Shown: positions 38,268-49,444 of the stretch, one piece after another | Numbering within the stretch: position 1 is the first letter of the stretch | How the letters are laid out: each line of letters opens with the position of its first letter | Assembly (NCBI GenBank): GCA_031412335.1 | Contig: JANOCT010000043.1 | Location: 39,720-103,719, forward strand | Length of the DNA: 64,000 nt | Origin: a bacterium | GTDB lineage: Bacteria; Bacteroidota; Bacteroidia; Sphingobacteriales; Sphingobacteriaceae | Direction: 5' to 3' | Translations under genes and position numbers: made by a program | The notes under the pieces: generated by a model | Seen by the model: only the letters and a program-made list of their open reading frames with translations | What the model was told of the DNA's origin: nothing | Databases searched by the model: none

Positions 38268-39260
38268 ATGACATTTAAAATAGAAGAATTAATAATTAAA
38301 AATGACAGCGAAACTGAACAGGTAAGATCTAAAGAGATATTTGAAACACTTAAGAACAAAGCAATTAGAGGAAAAACTCTATCAGAACATGAGAAAAATT
38401 TCTTCTGTAAAGGAGTTCAACTTTCAAAATTAAATGTTGGAATTTTGGAAGATTATTATTGTTGTAAGAATTATAAGTTTAAATATATCTACTTATGTTA
38501 CTTTTATGACTTAGCTGGTGGTAGTATATTTTATAAAAGAAATAGAGCTGAAATTTACAAAGTTGAACAAATTGAAGCCGAAATTGACCTTAAATATTTA
38601 TATACAACAGCTGAAGATTGGAAATTAATTATACAAAAGACAAACCATAAGGATAAAGTACTACAAGAAATTTCAATAGAAACTAGGAAAGGATTAAAAG
38701 AATTATCAAATCTACCGGAAGTTTTGAATGGTTTTTGGCGGAAAGGATCAAATCATTATATTTTAATGGAGAGAGAAATCCTTTTAAGTTTAAAGTTTAT
38801 TTATTGTATAGTAATTGAAGTGTTTGAAACAATTGAATTAAATGACTTAATATTAAAAGTTAATTCAATTAAAATTGAATTTAATGAATACAGTTTAATA
38901 CATATTTTAAATAGACATTTTTCTGCAATAACTAAAGCTTATGACACTAAAAAATCATTTCACAATGAACAATTTAAACCGAGAATTATTATTTCTCAAA
39001 TAAAAGAAATACTTACTCAAATAGATAATTCTCAATTTTTAAAGAATTCAACTATTGACAAAATTGGCTTTCGACAAAATGGAATAGACTATTTGATTTG
39101 GACAAAAGAAAAAAATAGGTCAATTAAAGGAATCAATGAAATTTACAGACGACTAGAAACATTTTATATAGTTACTGATGAAAATGAAAAAATTAAACTT
39201 GTTTCTGATTATAATCTTAAAACAGTAAATAACTTTTTGTCAGTATACGTGCCGAAATAA
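38268..39260 (+). CDS. Hypothetical protein with no recognisable family
   Basis: 330-aa ORF, very AT-rich, no signal peptide or TM segment, Lys/Ile/Glu/Asn-rich, same strand as the GHKL gene. The only motif-like string is SLIHILNRHF. Confidence 0.5.
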   Translation: MTFKIEELIIKNDSETEQVRSKEIFETLKNKAIRGKTLSEHEKNFFCKGVQLSKLNVGILEDYYCCKNYKFKYIYLCYFYDLAGGSIFYKRNRAEIYKVEQIEAEIDLKYLYTTAEDWKLIIQKTNHKDKVLQEISIETRKGLKELSNLPEVLNGFWRKGSNHYILMEREILLSLKFIYCIVIEVFETIELNDLILKVNSIKIEFNEYSLIHILNRHFSAITKAYDTKKSFHNEQFKPRIIISQIKEILTQIDNSQFLKNSTIDKIGFRQNGIDYLIWTKEKNRSIKGINEIYRRLETFYIVTDENEKIKLVSDYNLKTVNNFLSVYVPK

Positions 39261-39506
39261 TCTATAATTGCTTTAATTTTTAAAATTATCAAAACTCTTT
39301 AAATTCGTTAATAAAAAGCATTAATCTCTCGTATTTTATTTATTATTTCAGAAAGAGATTATTTAAAAAAGATAGAAAATAATTCAAGGAAGTCTTGGCT
39401 GACATTTAACTTCGAAATTAAAATTTAAATGACAGTTTTAAATAGATTTTGAAATTTTTCAAGGTAGTTTAAGATTACTAATTAATACGAAAACAACCAA
39501 CACCCC

Positions 39507-40415
39507 CTACCTCATCCTCCCCCTCTTAATCATATACGCATTCAACACTCCCGAAAAGCCATCTTTTATATCTGCATCAATTAAGTCAATGCGGTATTGA
39601 GCACATTTAGTTTCTAATTCTTTGCGGTGCATGGTTATGGCTTTCAAGTATTCTTCTTTTACTTGGTCGGGAAATAATTTCACTTTTTCACCCGATTCCA
39701 CATCTACAAATATGTATGGACGGTTGGGGAAATCGAAGTCCACTTCTTGCTCTTTTTGGGTAACATTAAATACCACTACTTCATGTTTGTTATGCTTCAA
39801 ATGTTGCAGGGCAGCAAAAACAGATTCACTTTCGCCTACATTTTCAAACGTATCGGTAAACAAAATAATGAGCGAACGCTTATGTACACTTTCTGCTATT
39901 TGGTGCAAAGCAGCAGAAATTCCAGTTTTACGCTGCACATTCGTTTTTAACATTTTCTCTAACTGATTGAAAATCAATTTTTGATGCACAGTTGTAGATT
40001 TTGCTTCCGAATGAAAATCAATTTCTTCCGAAAAAACGCTTAATCCAAAAGCATCTCGTTGTTTTTTTAGCAAATAAACCAGCGCAGCAGCAGCTTCTAC
40101 TGCAAATTGTATTTTAGAATATCCTACTGTTGGGTAGTACATCGACGATGATTGATCGATTACAAGCTGGCAACGCAAATTTGTTTCTTCCTCAAATCGT
40201 TTTACAAACAATTTATCGGTGCGGGCATACAACTTCCAATCAATGTTTTTTATCGACTGGCCTGAATTGTAAGATCGGTGTTCGGCAAACTCAACCGAAA
40301 AACCGTGAAATGGACTTTTATGCAATCCCGTTATGAATCCCTCAACTACCTGAGCAGCCAATAGTTCCAGGTTTTCAAAATTTCGGATACCTGCCTCTTG
40401 GTGAAAACTTTCCAT
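39507..40415 (-). CDS. DUF58 domain protein (vWA-fold, usually MoxR-associated)
   Basis: HKSPFHGFSVEFAEHRSYNSGQSIKNIDWKLYARTDKLFVKRFEEETN is the DUF58 signature. vWA-like LVIDQSSSM follows. Confidence 0.8.
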   Translation of the reverse strand: MESFHQEAGIRNFENLELLAAQVVEGFITGLHKSPFHGFSVEFAEHRSYNSGQSIKNIDWKLYARTDKLFVKRFEEETNLRCQLVIDQSSSMYYPTVGYSKIQFAVEAAAALVYLLKKQRDAFGLSVFSEEIDFHSEAKSTTVHQKLIFNQLEKMLKTNVQRKTGISAALHQIAESVHKRSLIILFTDTFENVGESESVFAALQHLKHNKHEVVVFNVTQKEQEVDFDFPNRPYIFVDVESGEKVKLFPDQVKEEYLKAITMHRKELETKCAQYRIDLIDADIKDGFSGVLNAYMIKRGRMR

Positions 40416-40460
40416 ACCTTAAATAACGAAAATATTTTAACGAATTTCATAAGCTGCTAT

Positions 40461-40490
40461 AAAAAAAATCCTGCCTTTTGAGCAGGATTT
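40461..40490 (-). terminator. Rho-independent terminator of trxA
   Basis: The minus strand reads aaatcctgc-tcaaaag-gcaggattt followed by T8. Confidence 0.75.
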
Positions 40491-40509
40491 ATCTTTTACT
40501 TAAACAAGC

Positions 40510-40830
40510 TTATACCAATTGAGCATCCAGTTTACCAGCCAAAACCGACTTAGGTACTGCACCAATTTGCTTGTCTACAATTTCCCCATTCTTGAAATAA
40601 AGTAATGCAGGAATATTTCTGATACCGAATTTCATTGAAATTTCCGGGTTTGTATCTACGTTTACTTTTCCTACAACGGCCTTGCCATCGTAATCTTTCG
40701 CAATTTCTTCAACCAATGGACCTACCATGCGGCATGGTCCACACCATTCTGCCCAAAAATCTACCAAAACTGGTTTGTCTGATTTCAACACTAATTCGTC
40801 GAAGTTTGCGTCTGTAAATTCTAATGCCAT
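40510..40830 (-). CDS. trxA: Thioredoxin
   Basis: 106 aa with the WCGPC active site. Confidence 0.95.
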   Translation of the reverse strand: MALEFTDANFDELVLKSDKPVLVDFWAEWCGPCRMVGPLVEEIAKDYDGKAVVGKVNVDTNPEISMKFGIRNIPALLYFKNGEIVDKQIGAVPKSVLAGKLDAQLV

Positions 40831-41029
40831 TTTATTTATTGATTTTATATAATGAATACCTTATTTATTGTTCAACTGTTTGTATCAAAATCAAGCCAAA
40901 TAGCATAATCAAGCAATTAAACTACAATTTGAATCTGATTTTTAAAAATAACAAATACTTGCTGAATTTATTCGCCATTTTGTCAGTTATTTTTTTGCAC
41001 ATGTTAACGATGCTGAATTTTTGGAGCTA

Positions 41030-41144
41030 ATCCGGCTTTACGCTATATCTTTTTTAAATTTAATTGTTTTTTAATTGAAAAAAAGGAACTTGTCCCGTTA
41101 TTTCAGACGAGATGCCGCTTCAATCCGGGCTAAAGGCAGCTCTG
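41030..41144 (+). repeat. Structured intergenic repeat, copy C (rearranged or partial)
   Basis: atccggctttacgc..tctttttt...aaaaaagga...cagacgagatgccgcttcaatccgggctaaaggcagctctg shares the modules of copies A and B. Confidence 0.5.
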
Positions 41145-41155
41145 AATTATATCAC

Positions 41156-44100
41156 TTACATCAATTTATACTGAATATCCTGATCGCTTTGTATTTGATC
41201 CAACACATGTTGGTTCATTTCTATTTTCAATGATCTGGAAGTCATTTCCACAACTACATTATCTACTGGATCGGTAAATTTAAATCGCACAGGCAAATTT
41301 CCTGGATTGCTTTTTACCATTTCTGCAATTACATTCATCTGATTTTCAAACGATTTGCCCAAGGGTAACATAAAAACTACTCCTTTAGCCATTTTGTCTT
41401 TTATTTCGGCCAACAATTGAATGTTGTAAATCGCAATTTCCCATTCATCATTAAATTTTCTTTTTTCCGCTTTCGCTTGTACAAATAAAAATAATCCGGT
41501 TGAAACATTTAATGGATCCAAGAAATGTTTCCATTTCAAGTATTTTTCAGAAAATAAAGTCAATGAAATGTTATCACTCAAATCTTCAATTGTGAAATTC
41601 CCAAAAGGATTTCCATTTTTTTGAGAAATACGATGGCTTACTGAAGAAACCATTCCTCCGAATTTGAGATCTTTTCCTTTTAAAGCAGCTGGATCTTTCA
41701 ATTCTGCAATGCTCACATTACAAAAATTCTCCAACTCCATTCTATAGGCATCAAGCGGATGACCAGAAAGGTATATTCCGATCATTTCTTTTTCATGCGC
41801 TAACTTTTCTTGATTGCGCCACTCCTCAAAATATGGTAAAGATGGTTCTGCAATATCCATTGCACTCGAATCGCCAAAAAGTGAATTCTGAGAGCTGGCC
41901 AAATTATTCTGATAATCTGATCCGTATTTTATCAGTTTTTCAATTCCGTTCAATCTATCGCTGCCAACTACTCCAAAATATTGAGCTCGGTTTATTTCTT
42001 TAAAAGAATCGAAAGAACCACTGTAAACGAGGTTTTCGATGGATTTTTTATTCACCGTTCGCATATTATTCCTGCGCACAAATTCAAAAACTGAGCGAAA
42101 TGGTCCAGCATTTTCTCGTTCGGCAATTATGGCATCCACAGCTTTTTCTCCCACTCCTTTTATTCCAGTAAGTCCAAATCGAATTTCGCCTTTTGCATTC
42201 ACCGCAAAACCATAACTACTTTCATTTACATCTGGACCAAGTACTGGTATTCGTATTTTGCGACATTCCTCCATAAAAAATGTCACATCTTCAATATTAT
42301 TTTGGCTATTCAACGTAGCAGCCATATATTCTGCCGGGTAATGTGCTTTTAGATAAGCAGTCTGAAAAGCAATAAATGAATAGCAAGTAGCATGCGATTT
42401 ATTAAATGCGTATGATGCAAATGCTTCCCAATCTACCCAAACCTTTTCTGCAATTTTCAAATCATGCCCATTTGCTTTGCAACCGTCCAAAAACTTGGGT
42501 TTCATTTTGTCCAATACATCTTTCTGTTTTTTACCCATTGCTTTTCGCAAAGTGTCTGCATCGCCTTTGGTAAAATTGGCCAATAACTGTGAAAGCAACA
42601 TCACTTGTTCCTGATATACCGTAACTCCATACGTTTCTTTCAAAAGATCAGCTGTTACTTCAAAATCATAACTGGTTTCTTCTAATCCATGTTTTCGTTT
42701 AATAAATTTAGGAATATGTTCCATCGGACCTGGTCGGTACAAGGCGTTCATGGCAATTAAATCTTCAAATTTATCGGGTTTCAGATCTTTCAAATATTTC
42801 TGCATTCCCGGACTTTCAAACTGGAAAATTGCAACGGTATCTCCCCGTTGAAAAAGTTCATACGTCTTTTGATCATCCAACGGAACAGTGTCAATATCGA
42901 TTTTCACCTGATGGTTTTTTTCGATTAAGTCTAATGCCGTTTTTATAATGGTAAGGGTTTTTAATCCTAAAAAGTCCATTTTAAGTAGTCCAGCATCTTC
43001 AATTATTTTTCCATCAAATTGAGTAACCAATAAATCTGAATCTTTAGCAACTGTCAATGGAATATATTCCATCAAATCATGAGGTGCAATTATAACTGCG
43101 GATGCATGTATTCCGGTATTACGCACAGAGCCTTCCAATTTGAGTGCTTCTTTCAAAACATTAGCCTGTGGAGTATTACCATCTGAAATAATTTTTCGGA
43201 GTTGTTTTACATTAGCTAAATCATCCGCATTAATCTCTTCCGCTACTTTTTCTATGGGCGAAGTCATTAAAAAAACTAAATTCGAACCTGCTTTATCTGG
43301 AACTAATTTGGTTAAAGAAGTTGAATCGGCAAGTGGCAAGTTTAGAACCCTAGCCACATCTTTGATAGCAGATTTTGCTGCCATGGTACCGTAGTTTATG
43401 ATTTGGGCTACTTGATTTCTGCCATATTTTTCCACCACATAATCCAAAACTTTTTGCCTGCCAACATCATCAAAGTCCGTATCAATATCGGGCATTGATT
43501 TTCGCTCAGGGTTTAAGAAACGCTCGAAAAGTAATGCGTATTTTATGGGGTCGATATTGGTGATTCCGATACAATAAGCAACTGCGGATCCGGCTGCAGA
43601 ACCACGGCCAGGACCAATAATCACTCCCATATCACGTCCTTCGCGGATAAAATCTGCAACAATCAGAAAATAACCAGGGAAACCCATGGTTTTTATAACA
43701 TGTAATTCAAAATTAAGTCGTTCCTCAATTTCTGCTGAAAGATTACTATATCTTTCTGCTGCTCCTTTAAACGTTAGATGCCGTAGATAATCGTCGCCAT
43801 CCAAATATCCAGGCGGAATCGGAAAATTTGGAACTAGAATATCCCGTTTCAACGAAAATTCTGAAACTTTATCTACAATCTCATTGGTATTATCTAAAGA
43901 TTGCGGCAAGTCGTGAAAGAGTTTTTCCATTTGAGAGGTCGTTTTAAAGAAAAACTCATCATTTGGAAAACCAAAACGATAGCCTTTGCCACCCTCTTCA
44001 TCGGTTGCTTTTGGGGTTTCTTGCAAATCGCCAGTATTCACACATAATAAAATATCATGTGCATTGGCATCTTCCTGATCCACATAATGTGAATCGTTGG

Positions 44101-44710
44101 AGCAAATAATTTTAACATTGTATTTTTTAGCAAACTTTAATAAAACGATGTTCACTTTTTCTTGATCATCAATTCCATGGCGTTGAAGTTCGATGTAGTA
44201 ATCTTCACCAAAAATATCCAGATACCATTTAAATATTTTTTCTCCCTCTTCTTCTCCTTTACTTAAAATAGTTCTAGGCACTTCGGCACCTAAACAACAG
44301 GTTGTAGCAATTAATCCTTTATGGTATTTGAGTAATAATTCCTTATCAATTCTTGGCCATTTACTATACAAACCTTCAATAAAGCCTAAAGAACATAGTT
44401 TTGAAAGGTTTTTATACCCTTCATGATCTTTGGCCAATAATAATTGATGAAAACGCTGATCTTTATTTTCTTTGGTAAACTGCTTTTTATGCCGATCGGC
44501 AACCATATAAAATTCGCAGCCTACTATTGGTTTTATGCCATTCTTTTGAGCTTCGGCAACAAACTTAAACGCACCAAACATGTTTCCATGGTCAGTCATT
44601 GCAATTGCTTTCATTCCATCAGCTTTTGCTTTATGCATTAGTTTAGAAATATCTGCAGCTCCATCAAGAAGCGAAAACTGAGTATGTACGTGGAGGTGGG
44701 TGAACTGCAT
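41156..44710 (-). CDS. dnaE: DNA polymerase III alpha subunit
   Basis: 1184 aa. PHP domain FTHLHVHTQFSLLDGA, polymerase core, OB-fold C-terminus. Confidence 0.95.
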   Translation of the reverse strand: MQFTHLHVHTQFSLLDGAADISKLMHKAKADGMKAIAMTDHGNMFGAFKFVAEAQKNGIKPIVGCEFYMVADRHKKQFTKENKDQRFHQLLLAKDHEGYKNLSKLCSLGFIEGLYSKWPRIDKELLLKYHKGLIATTCCLGAEVPRTILSKGEEEGEKIFKWYLDIFGEDYYIELQRHGIDDQEKVNIVLLKFAKKYNVKIICSNDSHYVDQEDANAHDILLCVNTGDLQETPKATDEEGGKGYRFGFPNDEFFFKTTSQMEKLFHDLPQSLDNTNEIVDKVSEFSLKRDILVPNFPIPPGYLDGDDYLRHLTFKGAAERYSNLSAEIEERLNFELHVIKTMGFPGYFLIVADFIREGRDMGVIIGPGRGSAAGSAVAYCIGITNIDPIKYALLFERFLNPERKSMPDIDTDFDDVGRQKVLDYVVEKYGRNQVAQIINYGTMAAKSAIKDVARVLNLPLADSTSLTKLVPDKAGSNLVFLMTSPIEKVAEEINADDLANVKQLRKIISDGNTPQANVLKEALKLEGSVRNTGIHASAVIIAPHDLMEYIPLTVAKDSDLLVTQFDGKIIEDAGLLKMDFLGLKTLTIIKTALDLIEKNHQVKIDIDTVPLDDQKTYELFQRGDTVAIFQFESPGMQKYLKDLKPDKFEDLIAMNALYRPGPMEHIPKFIKRKHGLEETSYDFEVTADLLKETYGVTVYQEQVMLLSQLLANFTKGDADTLRKAMGKKQKDVLDKMKPKFLDGCKANGHDLKIAEKVWVDWEAFASYAFNKSHATCYSFIAFQTAYLKAHYPAEYMAATLNSQNNIEDVTFFMEECRKIRIPVLGPDVNESSYGFAVNAKGEIRFGLTGIKGVGEKAVDAIIAERENAGPFRSVFEFVRRNNMRTVNKKSIENLVYSGSFDSFKEINRAQYFGVVGSDRLNGIEKLIKYGSDYQNNLASSQNSLFGDSSAMDIAEPSLPYFEEWRNQEKLAHEKEMIGIYLSGHPLDAYRMELENFCNVSIAELKDPAALKGKDLKFGGMVSSVSHRISQKNGNPFGNFTIEDLSDNISLTLFSEKYLKWKHFLDPLNVSTGLFLFVQAKAEKRKFNDEWEIAIYNIQLLAEIKDKMAKGVVFMLPLGKSFENQMNVIAEMVKSNPGNLPVRFKFTDPVDNVVVEMTSRSLKIEMNQHVLDQIQSDQDIQYKLM

Positions 44711-44806
44711 TGAATAAAATTAATGGATTGCAAAGTTAATGATTGTGCACGCTTTGCTGCCAGAACTTTTCAACAGCTGAATGAGCGTTAACTGTTTTAA
44801 CTACTT

Positions 44807-45376
44807 TTGAATATGTCAGTATCGAAACTTTTTTTTATAATATTTTTTGCCCTTTTCTCAATATATGCTTGTAAGCAACAAGTTGACAATAAACAAAACA
44901 ATTCGATTGAATTGTACTTACCTCTATCAGAAGTAAATGCAAATAAGGCTACTGTTCTGTTCTTTTTGTCGCCTACTTGTCCACTTTGCATTGACTATGC
45001 ATTAACTATTTCCGACTTACAAAAAGAATTTCAGAGTGAAAAAATAAACATGAAAGGTATTTTCAGTGGAAGCGATTATACAGAAGAAGAAAAACAAACA
45101 TACCTGCAAACTTACCAACCATTGATTCCGATAATAAATGATACTGCTAATTTGTTTGTTAAAAAATATAAGGCCACGATAACACCAGAAGTAATAGTAA
45201 TAAACCAAAACGGAAATATTGTTTACCGAGGAGCAATTGATAATTGGGTAATGGAATTAGGTAGAAGAAAACCTAAACCAACAAAATTTTATTTGAAAGA
45301 TGCAATAAGATCTATATTGGAAGAAAAAAATATTGCTGTTTCAGAAACTAATCCTATTGGTTGTTTAATTGAATAA
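44807..45376 (+). CDS. Thioredoxin-fold lipoprotein (CxxC)
   Basis: Lipobox FSIYAC. VLFFLSPTCPLC CxxC motif in a thioredoxin-like context. Confidence 0.65.
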   Translation: MNMSVSKLFFIIFFALFSIYACKQQVDNKQNNSIELYLPLSEVNANKATVLFFLSPTCPLCIDYALTISDLQKEFQSEKINMKGIFSGSDYTEEEKQTYLQTYQPLIPIINDTANLFVKKYKATITPEVIVINQNGNIVYRGAIDNWVMELGRRKPKPTKFYLKDAIRSILEEKNIAVSETNPIGCLIE

Positions 45377-46772
45377 TTTTAACATGAAGAAAATTAAACT
45401 CAAACATAAAAAGCTAATCGGTTTTTTACTTTTATTTATTACTTTCTCCTGCAAAGAAATTAAAAAAGATGTTGCATCCGAAACCAACAGAGAGGTAACG
45501 TTCAATCAAGATATTGCACCAATAATTCATCAAAATTGCACTCCATGCCATCGAAAAGGCGAGGCAGGGCCATTTGTACTAGAGACTTATAAAGATGTTG
45601 CAAAGCGATCTCGCATGATAAAAAAAGTAACTGAGGATAGATACATGCCACCTTGGCCGGCCGATCATACATACAGTAACTTTTGCGATGAACGTGTATT
45701 GGAACAATCAGAAATAGAATTAATTGCCCAATGGGTAAAACAAGGAAAAAAAGAAGGAGACAAAAAATTAATGCCCCCAATTCCAGTATTTTCTGCTTAT
45801 TCAAAGTTCGGCAAACCGGACATGGTATTGAGAATGCAAAAGCCGATTATAATAAAAGGAGATGGTGCTGAAAATTTTTATATAGTAAAAATTCCTTTTA
45901 CAATGAAAAAAGATACATTTGTGAAGTTTATCGAATTTGTACCCAATCAAAAAAATTTACTTCACCACATGAATGGATCTATAATCCAATATGAAAAACA
46001 AGCATCTTCCCGGATGTACAAAGAGCCATTCATATTAAATAGTGAAATAGAAAACGATAAATTTCTTTACCAAAAATTAGGTGTACTTTATGATGACGGA
46101 AGTTATCCTCTTCTTACTCCTTCTGTTTCCAATTATTTGCCAGGTGTATTTGCTTCCAGATATCCCGATGGAATTGGAGGGTTCAAGCTTCGTAAAAATG
46201 GAGTAATGATTCTTAGAGATTTGCATCTCGGCCCATCTGCAAAAAATGTAACGGAAAATTCGTATTTCAATTTTTATTTTGACAATAAACCACCAGTACG
46301 CCGAACAGTAGAAATCCAAATGGGAACGTATGGTGTTTCAGAAATAATTCCGAAACTAAGTATACCAGCAAATACGGTTAAATCGTTTACATCGGAATTA
46401 GGTGTACCAGTAGATATTTCGATTTTAACCATTAATCCACACATGCACCGAATTGGTAAAACATTCAAGGCTTTTGCTACTACACCCGAAGGAATTATTA
46501 TTCCTTTGATTAAAATAAACGACTGGGATTTCAGATGGCAATATTTTTACACCTTTCGTAAAATGTTAAAAATACCTAAAGGCTCTATAATTCGGGTAGA
46601 AGCCAGTTTTGACAATACGTTAAACAACGAAGATAATCCATTTGATCCACCTCAATTAATAGAAGAAAAAGAAGGAAGCATGCGATCTACCGATGAAATG
46701 TTACAATTTATAATTACCTACATGCCCTATAAAACTGGCGATGAAAACATCAGCCTGGAAAATAAAAAATGA
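45369..46772 (+). CDS. Cytochrome c domain fused to a copper type II (PHM/DBH-like) monooxygenase-like domain
   Basis: Lipobox ITFSC. Haem c site CTPCH followed by GPF.L..Y...MPPWPAD. Downstream LLHHMNG, NPHMHRIG and STDEM follow the HHM / H.H / (D)EM copper-ligand pattern. 8-nt overlap with the upstream gene; an alternative ATG lies at 45384. Confidence 0.55.
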   Translation: MNNFNMKKIKLKHKKLIGFLLLFITFSCKEIKKDVASETNREVTFNQDIAPIIHQNCTPCHRKGEAGPFVLETYKDVAKRSRMIKKVTEDRYMPPWPADHTYSNFCDERVLEQSEIELIAQWVKQGKKEGDKKLMPPIPVFSAYSKFGKPDMVLRMQKPIIIKGDGAENFYIVKIPFTMKKDTFVKFIEFVPNQKNLLHHMNGSIIQYEKQASSRMYKEPFILNSEIENDKFLYQKLGVLYDDGSYPLLTPSVSNYLPGVFASRYPDGIGGFKLRKNGVMILRDLHLGPSAKNVTENSYFNFYFDNKPPVRRTVEIQMGTYGVSEIIPKLSIPANTVKSFTSELGVPVDISILTINPHMHRIGKTFKAFATTPEGIIIPLIKINDWDFRWQYFYTFRKMLKIPKGSIIRVEASFDNTLNNEDNPFDPPQLIEEKEGSMRSTDEMLQFIITYMPYKTGDENISLENKK

Positions 46773-47635
46773 AATATCAACTACATTCTAAAAATCTCTC
46801 TATTGAGATTCAAAGTCACGGTGCAGAATTGTCAAGCGTTAAATCAATCGATGGGATTGAATATATATGGCAAGCCGACCCTGCCGTTTGGGGCCGACAT
46901 GCTCCTATTCTTTTTCCAATAGTTGGAAAACTTAAAGACAGCAAGTATAAATACGATCAAAAAGTTTATGAATTATCTCAGCATGGTTTTGCAAGAGATA
47001 GCAAATTTACGTTAATCGGAAAAACGAGTAATTCGTTGGTATTCTTATTACGATGGAGTAATGAAAGTTTGAAAATGTATCCGTTCAAATTTGAATTAAT
47101 GATCTTTTATACCTTATCAGATAAAACTTTATCTATAAAATATGAAGTTCTGAATTCTGATACGAAGGAAATGCTTTTTTCAATTGGTGCTCATCCAGCA
47201 TTTAAAATGCCTTTATTTAAAGATGAGCGTTATGATAATTACTACTTAGAGTTTGACAAAGAGGAAGAAATAAACCAATGGGAGTTAAATGCTGGTTTAC
47301 TATCAGGTAAACAAAAAACTATTACACTTGAGGATCAAAAATTACACTTAAGCCACAGCTTATTTGCTTCAGATGCCATTGTGCTTAAAAATATAAAATC
47401 TAACGAAATAACTATTCGAAATCAAAACCACCAACATGGTATTCGGTTTCAATTTCAAAATTTTCCATATTTCGGAATTTGGAGTAAAAACAATGCTGAT
47501 TTTGTATGTCTGGAACCTTGGAATGGAATCACCGACTCACAAAATGCAACAGGTGAAATGACTGAAAAAGAAGGTATTTTAAAACTTGCTCCACACGAAT
47601 CGTTTACTTGTAGCTATGCCATAGAGTTTTTCTAA
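46769..47635 (+). CDS. Aldose 1-epimerase family protein (LacX-like)
   Basis: GAELSSV...YIWQADPAVWGRHAPILFPIVGKL...LSQHGFARD is typical of the family. 4-nt overlap with the upstream gene. Confidence 0.8.
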   Translation: MKYQLHSKNLSIEIQSHGAELSSVKSIDGIEYIWQADPAVWGRHAPILFPIVGKLKDSKYKYDQKVYELSQHGFARDSKFTLIGKTSNSLVFLLRWSNESLKMYPFKFELMIFYTLSDKTLSIKYEVLNSDTKEMLFSIGAHPAFKMPLFKDERYDNYYLEFDKEEEINQWELNAGLLSGKQKTITLEDQKLHLSHSLFASDAIVLKNIKSNEITIRNQNHQHGIRFQFQNFPYFGIWSKNNADFVCLEPWNGITDSQNATGEMTEKEGILKLAPHESFTCSYAIEFF

Positions 47636-47768
47636 AAATATTTTACATGATTTTCTATTCTTTCTGTAAGAAATAACCAACCTACAAATCGGACTTTGAT
47701 ATAATTTTAAAGTTTTATGAAATTTCCTAGAGTTTCCATAAAATAAAAACAATGAAATTAAAAAATCA

Positions 47769-47799
47769 TTTGACTATTAGCCGATAAAAATTAACTTTG
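47769..47799 (+). promoter_or_regulatory. Bacteroidota-type promoter (TTTG -33 / TAnnTTTG -7) for atpDC
   Basis: tttg (47769-72), 19 nt, then taactttg (47792-99), 66 nt before the atpD ATG. Confidence 0.45.
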
Positions 47800-47844
47800 C
47801 ACCATTAACAAAAATGCCTTAATGATTATAAAAAAGGTGATTAA

Positions 47845-49368
<1,524 letters not shown>

Positions 49369-49444
49369 ATTAAAAACTGTTTTTATTTTAATAAAATAAA
49401 AGTTTTGAACTATACTTATTGAATTTACACTTAATAAAACACAA

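Noticed and set aside
40824-41030. 68-aa ORF in the dnaE-trxA intergenic region
   Set aside because: It overlaps the trxA start on the opposite strand, and the rest lies in AT-rich spacer ending at repeat copy C. Its Ile/Leu/Asn/Tyr-rich composition is typical of random AT-rich ORFs.
41100-41135. tRNA T-arm-like sequence (cgcttcaatcc) in the repeat family, suggesting a tRNA gene or tRNA-derived element
   Set aside because: The flanking bases do not pair as a T-stem (gccgc vs cgggc). No acceptor, D or anticodon arms can be built. The motif differs among the three copies.
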